From Candidatus Doudnabacteria bacterium (GTDB lineage: Bacteria > Patescibacteriota > Doudnabacteria > UBA920): 64,000 bases of DNA. The translations under genes and the position numbers were made by a program. The DNA is taken from assembly GCA_963837465.1 (NCBI GenBank), contig CAWINB010000001.1, positions 139,915 to 203,914 of the forward strand. Direction: 5' to 3'. Numbering within the stretch: position 1 is the first letter of the stretch; each line of letters starts with the position of its first letter. The notes under the pieces are model-generated. The model did no database searches. It saw only the letters and a program-made list of their open reading frames with translations, and was not told the DNA's origin. Of this stretch, positions 49,942 through 59,345 are shown one piece after another.

Positions 49942-51015
49942 TCAATCCCCCCTTTCGGCGCCGCCATCGAAACAAACACTGCCGTTCGAAGCCAGGGTAT
50001 CTCTAAAGTATGTTGCCAGATCGGCATTCCACACGAAGAAAGCCTGTGCTATAAGGCTGAAGGCGTCGCGATCAATCGGCTCGTCGATCCTGAAGATTTT
50101 CATCCGTACTCCGGTTTTCCCGAGTTTTCTGAGATGATCTTTCTGCCGTTCTTCAAATTGCTCGCCGTTGTAAATCCTCAGCGCCCCGTCGAAATGCGTA
50201 ATGGATTGGCTGCCCGGATCGTAAATCGCGTGAAGGTAACGGGCACCGGCGAATGGGATACGATCCCTGGGTGGAAGCTCCTCACAGACGAAATGGATTC
50301 CATCGCCACGTGGGCTCCAGCAGAATTCGGTAACTTGACTCCTGTCCCACGGCTTATCGGCCCGCATTTGCCCGAAGTGCTGTTCTCTCAATCGACCTAT
50401 GTCGTTCCAGGTCAGCGGCGCGGCATACACAATCATCTTGTACATGGTCTGCGGGAAAGAATCGCACGGACCCCAAAGAAATGGGTCGAGCCGGACGCTG
50501 ACGGAATTGGCGACACCCTGCTCATAAAACGACCGTAGTAGCCAATAAGTTGAATTGGGAGATTCGGTAGTTGTACAGACCGTGAAGTCGAACCCGTTGG
50601 CCTCAAGGGTTGAATTGTTGTAACTAAACTCCGCCAGTCTGACCATACCTTCACCATCCACGGTGACGCCGCGCAGACAATCGGCGGTGTAAGGTAGTGT
50701 CTGCGCGGAAGAGAAGGTTTCCGCTAGGATCTCCAATCGGCGGCGCGCCGCTTCATTGGTGAGGAGCGCATCTGCGACCCAGATCCGTGCAAGGCGTTCA
50801 TTCTTTCCGTGAAGTGCAAGGAAGGTCGGGTCCTGGAAGGCGGCCTCGACCGCCTTCGTCGGCAAACTCGAAAGTAACCGCGACAGGTCGGGATACAGGG
50901 ACCACGTCGACTCATTTGAGTTTTTAAGCAATTTGTCGAACGGGGCGAGCGGATCGGAAGCAAAGTCGCGCACGAGATCTTCCGGAAGCTTCACCCGTAT
51001 CCCATTGAACTGCAT
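49942..51015 (-). CDS. hypothetical protein
   Basis: 357-aa ORF, no family recognised. Confidence 0.6.
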   Translation of the reverse strand: MQFNGIRVKLPEDLVRDFASDPLAPFDKLLKNSNESTWSLYPDLSRLLSSLPTKAVEAAFQDPTFLALHGKNERLARIWVADALLTNEAARRRLEILAETFSSAQTLPYTADCLRGVTVDGEGMVRLAEFSYNNSTLEANGFDFTVCTTTESPNSTYWLLRSFYEQGVANSVSVRLDPFLWGPCDSFPQTMYKMIVYAAPLTWNDIGRLREQHFGQMRADKPWDRSQVTEFCWSPRGDGIHFVCEELPPRDRIPFAGARYLHAIYDPGSQSITHFDGALRIYNGEQFEERQKDHLRKLGKTGVRMKIFRIDEPIDRDAFSLIAQAFFVWNADLATYFRDTLASNGSVCFDGGAERGD

Positions 51016-51199
51016 AGTCTTCTTGCCTTTCTAGTTCCAGCATATCCTGGACGCGTCCCGCTGTCCAGAAGAGCTCTAAACGGCAGTTCAACATCGCGTT
51101 TGTCGATACCTCCATCGAACACGCCCGTTCATTTGACAAGACTTCTAGGGCGGACCATTATATAAGTAGAATTAGAATATCTATTAACGTCAGCGTTTT

Positions 51200-51649
51200 A
51201 TGGTCGCTCTCGAATTTACATTAGGACACGTACACCTCAAGGTGAAAGACGTTGAAAGGGCAACTGCCTTCTATACAAATGTTTTCGGGCTTAAGGTTGC
51301 CGAGCGGGTCGGCAACTATGTATTCCTCTCGTTTGGCCAGAGGTATCATCACGACTTGGCCATACACGAAGTTCCGGCGGACGCGGCAGTGCCCGGCCTT
51401 AAAGATGTAGGCCTTTATCATTTTGCCCTTGAAGTTGCCGACATTCGGCAACTCGCATTGTTGTACCGCAAGCTAAAGCAATTAAATGTGGCCGTCAAGC
51501 CGGTTGATCACGGAATCAGCAAGGTGATATATTTCAGCGACCCCGACGGCAATGGCATAGAGGTCTACGTTGACACACGAAGTGAAACCGGACAGCAGGA
51601 ATGGCAAGGAAAATCCACGCCGCTAAACCTTGAGGATGTCATGGTGTGA
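51200..51649 (+). CDS. VOC/glyoxalase-family protein (CatE-like)
   Basis: GHVHLKV, HHDLA, GLYHFA, DHG...YFSDPDGNGIE. Confidence 0.9.
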   Translation: MVALEFTLGHVHLKVKDVERATAFYTNVFGLKVAERVGNYVFLSFGQRYHHDLAIHEVPADAAVPGLKDVGLYHFALEVADIRQLALLYRKLKQLNVAVKPVDHGISKVIYFSDPDGNGIEVYVDTRSETGQQEWQGKSTPLNLEDVMV

Positions 51650-52428
51650 GAAGAAAAACTGTAATAAACCTCGCCACCGGCCTTGGCTTTTTTGGGTTTT
51701 CTACCCTATCTGGCTGGGCGCTTCACTCGCCCGTCGCGGCACTCGTAACGGGTTTCGGCATTGTAATCATCCGTCTTCTAGTAGACATCAGGCTGAATCT
51801 ACATACAAAGATTCCGGTGGAGGTATCTTTCCTCAATAGCTACACTAAGCTGCGAGAGAGCCAATGTGAACTCTTTCGGGAGGCGGCAGCCGTAAAGCTA
51901 CGGTCTGTGACTGCCTACTTCGACAGTTTGGCAGGTGGCCATTTGCCGGTTGACAATCAGAATGAGGTCTTCGATTTACTTGAGCTTTTGTTCTGTGACA
52001 TTGATTTTGTAAGACAAATTCGTACGACTAGCTTTGGGGAAATTGAAGAGTGGGGAAATTGGTGGGGCAAGCGATATTTGGGTATCCACAAAGAGGCGAA
52101 GAAGAGAGGAGTGAAGGTACATCGCGTTTTCATCCTTCAGTCCGACGACGACGTTCAGGCGGGAGCCGATATCATGCGCGCCAACGCTGCTGAGGGCGTG
52201 GCGGTAAAGTATGTATCGCGGCGTGTGATTTCTCTGGGAGATTTCAATACCGGCAACAACTGTATGCTGTTCTATGACCGAAACGGGGTTCCAGTATATG
52301 CTCTCACGGCCGTGCACGACGAAAAAGGCGGATTTTTGGCAGCGATAATCTATAACGACGCAGCCCACATCAAACCCGTAGTTGATGCATACAGCCATAT
52401 CGATGCCCTTGCCGTCGAGTTTAGATAA
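51646..52428 (+). CDS. membrane protein, 2 TM plus soluble domain of unknown function
   Basis: GTGA overlap with the VOC gene; RGVKVHRVFI motif. Confidence 0.55.
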   Translation: MRRKTVINLATGLGFFGFSTLSGWALHSPVAALVTGFGIVIIRLLVDIRLNLHTKIPVEVSFLNSYTKLRESQCELFREAAAVKLRSVTAYFDSLAGGHLPVDNQNEVFDLLELLFCDIDFVRQIRTTSFGEIEEWGNWWGKRYLGIHKEAKKRGVKVHRVFILQSDDDVQAGADIMRANAAEGVAVKYVSRRVISLGDFNTGNNCMLFYDRNGVPVYALTAVHDEKGGFLAAIIYNDAAHIKPVVDAYSHIDALAVEFR

Positions 52429-52439
52429 CGGTGGACTTG

Positions 52440-52699
52440 GGACAAGCTTGTCCACCGTCTCGCAGAAAAAATGGACTTCCCGCCAAGTTTTCCCTCCTAT
52501 ACAAACCTTTAAGTTCTGCTATTCTATCTTTGCCACGATCAAAGCCGCCGAGCGGGGTGCTGGCCGCGCGGCAGGCTTGATCGATGAGCAAACTCATGCC
52601 GCAATCTTTTCTTTCGACTCTTGTTTGCGTTGGAGCAAATCCATTATCGCGGGCAGAAGGCGCTTCCACGTTCGATGTATGTCCCGTCTCGGGCTACCA
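52440..52699. repeat. attR-like arm, copy 1 (LSR2 tail, ends GCTACCA)
   Basis: minus strand encodes GSPRRDIHRTWKRLLPAIMDLLQRKQESKEKIAA*. Confidence 0.9.
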
Positions 52700-52874
52700 A
52701 AATGATTCAGCAGCGTAAAGCTGCTGTTTTTATTTGCTAAAACGATTCAAGGAAAACGAACCATGCGGAGGGAGAAATTCCGGTCCGCATATTTAAAAGG
52801 CAAAATCGTTCGATTCCCCAATGGGGTCGAAATTAATTCCAGTAAGTAAGAACACAATACGGGCGACATCTTAG

Positions 52875-54290
52875 TTACTTAGCGACCGCCATCAGATTGC
52901 TTGGCGGGGGGAGTGTGGAGGGTGACGTAGAACCTTTTACCATCGCATCTGTGATAATCAAAGAACTACATGTAGACCCTGGGCACGTTAGGAGCGACGC
53001 AGGCACCGGAAACGCATCGGTAAATACGTAGCCCAGTGAAGTAAATGCCGTAGCAGTAGCGAAACCCGCAATTTGACCGTCCGACACGACATAATAGGTG
53101 CTATTGGTTGCGCATCCGTGCCCGCTCGAATCGAGAGTGCAAAGAATCGAACCTTCGCGATATGGCAACGTATAGTTCCGGAACGTTGGATCTTCCAGCA
53201 ATGTGGCCGTCGACTGTTGTTGTATATCACTCCAGCGAAATCCCACGCCGTCGAATATCAATTGTGACGTGATACCTCGCTTATAATGCTGATCGGTTAC
53301 CTCGTAGATGGTACCGCCATCATTCACCAAGAACGCTGCCGGCGGCGGCCCTAACAGACTTCCTTGGGGAAGCGCCTGAATCTCTTGAAGCCCCACACTT
53401 ATGACTTTGCCGAAATCAAAGCCGTACGCGTAGAACACGGCGGGCGACGGTATCCCGCGAAGTTTACCGGCCTGTATGAGGTACACCGTGCCATTGTAAG
53501 AAACCAGCGAACCGTCGGGGTGCCAGATTACGTTTGGCGCGGCCGTTCTCGCCGGTGCCCAAAGAGTGGTGCTTCGGACTGTCCTCGGGTCCAGATACCT
53601 CCCTTGCCACCCATAGGGGTCAACCGGAACTCCGTTATAGCGTACCTCGAAGTGGAGGTGCGGGCAGGGAGAGTCCGTGGTACAGACTCCAACGCTACCG
53701 CTAACCCCGATCATATCTCCTGCGCTCACTGCCCGTCCTTCGACGGTGTTTGGATCAACCCAACTGGAGAGGTGCAAATAATATGTTTTATAGCAATTGC
53801 CATGGTCAATGTAAAGTGCATGGCAGCACTTTTCACCGGTATCCACGTGCAGTGTGCCGCTGGCGGCGGCATAGACTGGTATTTCGCCACTAGGGTCCTG
53901 ATCCGTAGTTTTGTAATCGATTCCGGGGTGCCCATCATAGTTGAGAAATGTTGGCGTGCCCGCGCCGATATACTGTCCGTTTATCACGAAAGGGATTCCA
54001 GGCATGTTCTGAAAGGAGAAGAACGTTTGGCCGTTGATCGTCGTAGCATACTCGGGATTTAGATTGGCCAACTCGCCGGTGAATCCAATCACCACGTTGT
54101 CAGATGTGTAGGAGTTGGTCATGGAGTGATCCATGACCGAGTTGATGCTCGCGGAATAGGCGGTTCTGTTTGGCAAGGGGAACTTTGACAAGTAGAACGC
54201 TGAAGAGGGTTGCGAGGGGCAGGTAGACTGAGCAAGGAGCAGTACGTCTGCGTGCAGTGCGCAAATCGCGAAACAAAGCCAAAAACGCAT
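52875..54290 (-). CDS. secreted M23 metallopeptidase with C-terminal repeat domains (start MRFWL)
   Basis: HPGID, YLHL, HLHFEV, VDP. Confidence 0.85.
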   Translation of the reverse strand: MRFWLCFAICALHADVLLLAQSTCPSQPSSAFYLSKFPLPNRTAYSASINSVMDHSMTNSYTSDNVVIGFTGELANLNPEYATTINGQTFFSFQNMPGIPFVINGQYIGAGTPTFLNYDGHPGIDYKTTDQDPSGEIPVYAAASGTLHVDTGEKCCHALYIDHGNCYKTYYLHLSSWVDPNTVEGRAVSAGDMIGVSGSVGVCTTDSPCPHLHFEVRYNGVPVDPYGWQGRYLDPRTVRSTTLWAPARTAAPNVIWHPDGSLVSYNGTVYLIQAGKLRGIPSPAVFYAYGFDFGKVISVGLQEIQALPQGSLLGPPPAAFLVNDGGTIYEVTDQHYKRGITSQLIFDGVGFRWSDIQQQSTATLLEDPTFRNYTLPYREGSILCTLDSSGHGCATNSTYYVVSDGQIAGFATATAFTSLGYVFTDAFPVPASLLTCPGSTCSSLIITDAMVKGSTSPSTLPPPSNLMAVAK

Positions 54291-54440
54291 GGTAACTCCA
54301 GTTGCCACCAGCGTACTACAGGCCTCGCCGAAAATCAAAGGGGCTCCCCGCTCCGCCCTACCCATCAGACCAGCAAGCTTGACCGGCTCTCCGACGTTTG
54401 TAATAATGCAATGGCTTCAATAATTAATCTGATTGTTCTA

Positions 54441-55070
54441 ATGAAGAGGTACTTGTTTATCTTTGTAATGAGCTGTCTTTCTGCGGGTTGCAGTCGGGTA
54501 AACGTGGCGACAAATGAACCGGCGGTTCAGCCCGACGTTCGACTGAACCCGCCCCGGAACGCTTCTAAATCGCCGGTCAGCTTGATGGGTGTAACAGCCA
54601 ATGGCACCACTACGCAGGACTCTCAACCCGGCGATTGGACTACATACACGGACACTGCTTATGGCTTTAGCCTGAACATTCCAGCCGGATACGTTTATGC
54701 CACGTCGACAGCGGAGCGCGGATGGTCGCCTGTGCTAATTGTCTACGACCCAGAGAATTTACCCATAGCCAGTGAGCCAGCTGTTACTGTTTATGTTTCA
54801 ACAATCACTAGCAAGGAGCAGGAATCGCCTTCTTATCTGCTTCAGCAAGAAGGCATACCCCCGGCAGCGGCTACAGTCACCCCAACAAGGTTTGCGGGAT
54901 GCCTAGCCACCCAAATTATTATCGAGAACACGGACGGAGGATACCCGGTTGAGGACCAGATGTTCGTAGCCCACGACGGTCTTGAATATTCAATCAGATA
55001 TACCGCGCGCGACAATACGACATTCGCAAGGATTGCTTCGTCCTTTGTATTCCTCGCAACTGGTTGTTGA
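54441..55070 (+). CDS. lipoprotein with PsbP-like domain (start MKRYLF)
   Basis: LSAGC lipobox, WTTYTDTAYGFSLNIP. Confidence 0.65.
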   Translation: MKRYLFIFVMSCLSAGCSRVNVATNEPAVQPDVRLNPPRNASKSPVSLMGVTANGTTTQDSQPGDWTTYTDTAYGFSLNIPAGYVYATSTAERGWSPVLIVYDPENLPIASEPAVTVYVSTITSKEQESPSYLLQQEGIPPAAATVTPTRFAGCLATQIIIENTDGGYPVEDQMFVAHDGLEYSIRYTARDNTTFARIASSFVFLATGC

Positions 55071-55164
55071 CTCTTAGCTTGATACTCCGCTTCACCTTCA
55101 AAGGATGATGGCGTTTTCGTGGGGTTGAGTCCGATTAGCCCAGAGCGAAAAGAATTGGCAAGAG

Positions 55165-55424
55165 CTCAAGATATCCACCGAGCGGGTCAATTCTTGGAAG
55201 TTGAGCCAATGTTTCCCTCCTTTGCAAGCGTCTGAGTTCTTGCTATTCTACTTTTGCCACGATCAAAGCAGCCGCGCAGGGTGCTGGCCGCACGGCATGC
55301 TTGATCGAGGAGAACCATTTAGGCCGCAATCTTTTCTGTAGACTCTTGTTTGCGTTGGAGCAAGCTCAGCATCCTGGGCAGAAGACGCTTCCACGTTCGA
55401 TGTATGTCCCGTCTCGGGCTACCA
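55165..55424. repeat. attR-like arm, copy 2
   Basis: encodes GSPRRDIHRTWKRLLPRMLSLLQRKQESTEKIAA*; ends GCTACCA. Confidence 0.9.
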
Positions 55425-55650
55425 GGAATCCCATTCAACTTTTCCCTCCCTAAAAGAAGAATTCACCCGCAGAAATGCGGGTTTTTCATTGGCGCAGATT
55501 CAGCCCTTGGCCAGAATTGTCCACAGGCCATTGGGGAATCGAACTGACAGGCGGTTTCCCGCATGGGAAAGCGTAGTAGTGGTGCAGATTTGACACCCAC
55601 ACAAAAGGTGTGTAAACTACAAATATAAGATCATTAACCTAGAAACTTCC

Positions 55651-55920
55651 ATGAGCAAACGTATTAACATCATGCTGCCGGAAAGAACCCTGGCCGTGCT
55701 GGACCGGGTGGCTTCCAAAGGCAACCGCAGCCAGTTTGTGTCTAGGGCCGTGCTCCACTACGTGGAAATCCAGGGCAAACAAAGCCTGCGCCAGCAGCTT
55801 AAAGCCGGCTATATGGCCAATGCCGATGAGAACCTAAAGATTGCCGCGGAGTGGTTTCCCCTTGAGGAACAAGCATGGCAAAAGTCCCGCACCAGCCAAA
55901 AGGCCAAAAGCAAAAAGTAG
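55651..55920 (+). CDS. RHH/CopG antitoxin (NdoAI/MazE-like)
   Basis: RINIMLP...NRSQFV..A, LKAGY..A; precedes the toxin. Confidence 0.8.
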   Translation: MSKRINIMLPERTLAVLDRVASKGNRSQFVSRAVLHYVEIQGKQSLRQQLKAGYMANADENLKIAAEWFPLEEQAWQKSRTSQKAKSKK

Positions 55921-56273
55921 AAGGCATCCGAAGGGGTGAAGTCTACCTCTGCTCTTTTGACCCGACGGTCGGCCACGAAATCAAGAAGACCCGGCCCGCC
56001 CTGGTCGTCCAAAACGATGTCGGCAATCGCTATGGTCCCCTGACGATTGTCGCGGCAATCACTTCCAGCGTTTCCCCTGTCCCCTATCCGGTCGAGGTTG
56101 TCGTTGAACCGACCGCCGCCAACGGCCTGGATGTCCGCTCTTCCGTTCGCCTGGACCAGATCCGCACCATAGACCGGCAGCGCCTGATTCGTCATTTGGG
56201 CGTAGTGGATTCCGCCACCATGGCCAGGGTCGATGAGGCCATCAAGATTAGCTTGGGGCTGATTAGAGTTTAG
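55875..56273 (+). CDS. mazF: PemK/MazF toxin
   Basis: RRGEVY...DP.VG.E..K.RPALVVQND, DQIRTIDRQRL. Confidence 0.92.
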   Translation: MAKVPHQPKGQKQKVEGIRRGEVYLCSFDPTVGHEIKKTRPALVVQNDVGNRYGPLTIVAAITSSVSPVPYPVEVVVEPTAANGLDVRSSVRLDQIRTIDRQRLIRHLGVVDSATMARVDEAIKISLGLIRV

Positions 56274-56278
56274 TATCT

Positions 56279-56995
56279 ATGTCGATTCACTCATTGGTCC
56301 CGGACGCGCCGACGCTCCTTGCCCTTGAACCGGAAGAACTCGCAGGCGTAGTGCTGCAATATCTAAACTCGCTACCGCCCGACGCCTCTGAGTTAAACCG
56401 ACACAACTTCAGTTTGCCCCATACGGTTCAGGAGTATCCCAGGGAATATCAGCGACAGTTGAGGAGCGCACTTATGGAAGCCTGGGTATGGCTGGAGCGG
56501 GAAGGACTTATCGCTCCGAACCCAGAACAAGGCACTGATTGGCGGTTTATTACAAGGCGCGGCCGACTACTGAAGACGGCGCCCGAGGTCGCGGCATACC
56601 GGAAGGCCGAGATGCTGCCAAAGGCGCTCTTGCATCCTACTATCGCGACTAAGGTTCATGCGGCCTTTCTGCGCGGCGAATATGACACTGCCGTATTTCA
56701 GGCTTTTCGAGAAGTCGAAATCGCCGTACGCACCGCCGGCAAGTTTAAGGCCACGGACCTTGGAGTGGATCTAATGGATAAGGCCTTCAACAAGACCAGC
56801 GGCCCGTTAACGGATTTGGCCGTCCCCGACAGTGAACGAGAAGCGACGCGGCTCATGTTTCGAGGCATAATCGGTCGTTACAAAAACCCTCATAGCCACC
56901 GGGCCGTGGCAATCATTGATCCGTCCGAAGCCATCGAACTCTTGATGCTGGCCACGCATTTACTCCGCATCATTCAGGCCGCCGCCGTGGCTTAG
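56279..56995 (+). CDS. TIGR02391-family protein
   Basis: LHP, Y..AVF.AFR.VE..VR, G..LM..AF, YKNPHSH. Confidence 0.8.
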   Translation: MSIHSLVPDAPTLLALEPEELAGVVLQYLNSLPPDASELNRHNFSLPHTVQEYPREYQRQLRSALMEAWVWLEREGLIAPNPEQGTDWRFITRRGRLLKTAPEVAAYRKAEMLPKALLHPTIATKVHAAFLRGEYDTAVFQAFREVEIAVRTAGKFKATDLGVDLMDKAFNKTSGPLTDLAVPDSEREATRLMFRGIIGRYKNPHSHRAVAIIDPSEAIELLMLATHLLRIIQAAAVA

Positions 56996-57009
56996 CAGGA
57001 ATTAACCTT

Positions 57010-57879
57010 ATGATTGACGATCCAGGCGAACAATTCAAAGAGCAGCTCGACAATGCAATGAGTCACGGTAATGGTCCGAAAGCCGCCCGTTTTGCGTTGG
57101 CCTGCCTAGGCGTGATTCCCGGCGTCGGCGGGGCAATCGCCGGCATTGCTGGCTCGTGGTCAGAACGAGAGCAGGCCGAGTTTAACCGTATCTTTTCCGC
57201 TTGGCTCAAGCTCCAAGAGGATGAAATTCGGGAGATCGGCATGACCATATTCGAAGTCATGAACCGTCTCGACCAAAATGATGAAGAAATCCGAAAGCGC
57301 ATTGAAAGCCCGGAATACCTCAAGCTGGTTAAAAAATGCTTCCGGGATTGGTCGGCAGCCGAAAGTGAAGAGAAGCGCGCCCTAATCAGAAATCTTCTCA
57401 GTAATGCGGCAGCGACCAAGCTCTGCTCCGATGACGTCATTCGAATGTTCATCGAGTGGATCGATAAATATTCTGAACCGCATTTTGCGGTCATCAGGCA
57501 CATTTTTAAGACACCCGGCTCGACGCGCCGTGAAGTTTGGGCTGAAATCCACGGTGCCGACGTTCGCGAGGATTCTGCTGAGGCCGACCTCTTCAAGCTC
57601 TTGGTTCACGATTTGAGTACCGGCCATGTGATTCGTCAGCACCGGGAGAAGGATTACTATGGCAACTTCGTTAAAAGAGAACCACAGAGGAAGGGCCGCG
57701 GGGAGGCAAGCCGCGTCATGACATCTGCATTCGATGACGACAAACAATACGAACTCACGGAACTCGGCAAGCAGTTCGTACACTACACGATGAATGAAAT
57801 CGTGCCGAAGATTGCCGCTCCGAGCGCAAATCCAGTGGCGAGCGAGCAAGGCCGCGCCGCCGCACCAAGCCAGTCATAG
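57010..57879 (+). CDS. hypothetical protein (Abi-alpha-like layout: IPGVGG start, wHTH LTELG.QF end)
   Basis: motif pattern only. Confidence 0.5.
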   Translation: MIDDPGEQFKEQLDNAMSHGNGPKAARFALACLGVIPGVGGAIAGIAGSWSEREQAEFNRIFSAWLKLQEDEIREIGMTIFEVMNRLDQNDEEIRKRIESPEYLKLVKKCFRDWSAAESEEKRALIRNLLSNAAATKLCSDDVIRMFIEWIDKYSEPHFAVIRHIFKTPGSTRREVWAEIHGADVREDSAEADLFKLLVHDLSTGHVIRQHREKDYYGNFVKREPQRKGRGEASRVMTSAFDDDKQYELTELGKQFVHYTMNEIVPKIAAPSANPVASEQGRAAAPSQS

Positions 57880-57907
57880 AATATTAAACTTCCTACACAG
57901 AGGCAAT

Positions 57908-58837
57908 ATGAATTCATCATTGAAACAACAACCTCTAATAGCGGAGGTCCTTCCTGGCCTCGCCGTGCTGGCGGTTCTCGCTGTATCATATTGCGTCACC
58001 CACCCTCAGCAGCTGAGCGAGCTCTTGCACCTGCCGAGCGCTGGCGTGATCGTGACCGGGATCGGTGTTGGAGGATTCTTTTTATCCTGGATCATCGGGA
58101 CCTTTTTGGACGCGGTTAGAAATGCTTGCGAAGCACTTTTGGACATGCGCTGGCCCATCGACTGGAGTTTCCTGTTTACGGCCTCAGTAGATGAAATCAA
58201 GAAACTCGACGATTCTTTTCTTGCATACTATTTTCTTGACGGGAACTATGTAGCCGGATTTGCCATTCTCCTCATCCTCAAGGGCCTTGGCCTGGTTCAC
58301 ATCCCGCTACTGCCACTCGGTATTGTTTTCCTCATCTTTCTAGCCAATGCCACATTCCTTAGAATCGAAATCAAAAATCTGATAGACCGCCAAAACGAGC
58401 AACGCGGCAATGTAGGGCCTCATTGGCCCCACATTGGGGTCTATACCCGGTTGGCACCGTCGCAGATACACCAGGGTGGAATCGGGGTGATGGCCATTCG
58501 GGACATCAAAGAAGGCACCTCTGTATTTGAACCCGATGACGACGATATGGTCTGGGTTGAGTCTGGGGTCGTAGGCGCATTGCCGGCACAGTTGCGGAAA
58601 CTCTATGACGACTTCGCGGTTATCCACGACCACCGTTACGGATGTCCCCGCAGTTTCAACAAGCTTACAATCGCCTGGTACTTAAATTCATCGAAGAATC
58701 CCAATGTGGCAAGCGATGCGGATTATAAGTTTTATGCAGTTCGTGATATTGCTCAGGGTGAAGAATTGACCGCAGACTACGATACTTATAGCGATGCACC
58801 GGAATCACTTCCAAAAACGCCCGCCAGTGTTGAGTGA
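57908..58837 (+). CDS. membrane protein fused to a C-terminal SET domain
   Basis: about 4 TM helices, then PSQIH.GG.GV.A.RDI..G, YLNSS..PNV, A.RDI..GEELT.DY. Confidence 0.8.
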   Translation: MNSSLKQQPLIAEVLPGLAVLAVLAVSYCVTHPQQLSELLHLPSAGVIVTGIGVGGFFLSWIIGTFLDAVRNACEALLDMRWPIDWSFLFTASVDEIKKLDDSFLAYYFLDGNYVAGFAILLILKGLGLVHIPLLPLGIVFLIFLANATFLRIEIKNLIDRQNEQRGNVGPHWPHIGVYTRLAPSQIHQGGIGVMAIRDIKEGTSVFEPDDDDMVWVESGVVGALPAQLRKLYDDFAVIHDHRYGCPRSFNKLTIAWYLNSSKNPNVASDADYKFYAVRDIAQGEELTADYDTYSDAPESLPKTPASVE

Positions 58838-58861
58838 GCCAAAAACCTGTAACCATAGGGG

Positions 58862-59053
58862 CTATTCCAGAATTTCGTCGTTTCGCTGGGATGCCGGCCA
58901 TTCCTTACCCTCTACCTTGAGCCGGTCGTAGATCCTAACGATCACGGCCAGGTACCGCCTGAGGTTGTCGCGGGCAATCCGCAGCTTGTCATCGGTCATG
59001 TGTGGGTAGAGTTTACGGATGTCGTCTAGATTGTCTTCTTCATATGGGACCAT
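58862..59053 (-). CDS. small helical protein adjacent to arm copy 3
   Basis: LYPH.TD..L..A..NL.RYL....RIYDR. Confidence 0.5.
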   Translation of the reverse strand: MVPYEEDNLDDIRKLYPHMTDDKLRIARDNLRRYLAVIVRIYDRLKVEGKEWPASQRNDEILE

Positions 59054-59085
59054 TCCGGGAGCCTACAGGAATGTCCCCCGTCTAG

Positions 59086-59345
59086 GCAAGATATCCACCG
59101 CATAAGCAAAGGTTACGGAACTTCCGCCAACTTTTCCCTGTTATTCAAAACCTTTGAGTACTGCTATTCTACTTCTGCCACGATCAAAGCCGCCATGCGG
59201 AAATGTTGTCGCACAGCGTGCTTGATCTAAGAAATAAAATCAGGCCGCAATCTCTTCTGTAGACTCTTGTTTGCGTTGAAGCAAGCTCAGCATCCTGGGC
59301 AGAAGACGCTTCCACGTTCGATGTATGTCCCGTCTCGGGCTACCA
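59086..59345. repeat. attR-like arm, copy 3
   Basis: encodes ...QESTEEIAA*; ends GCTACCA. Confidence 0.9.
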
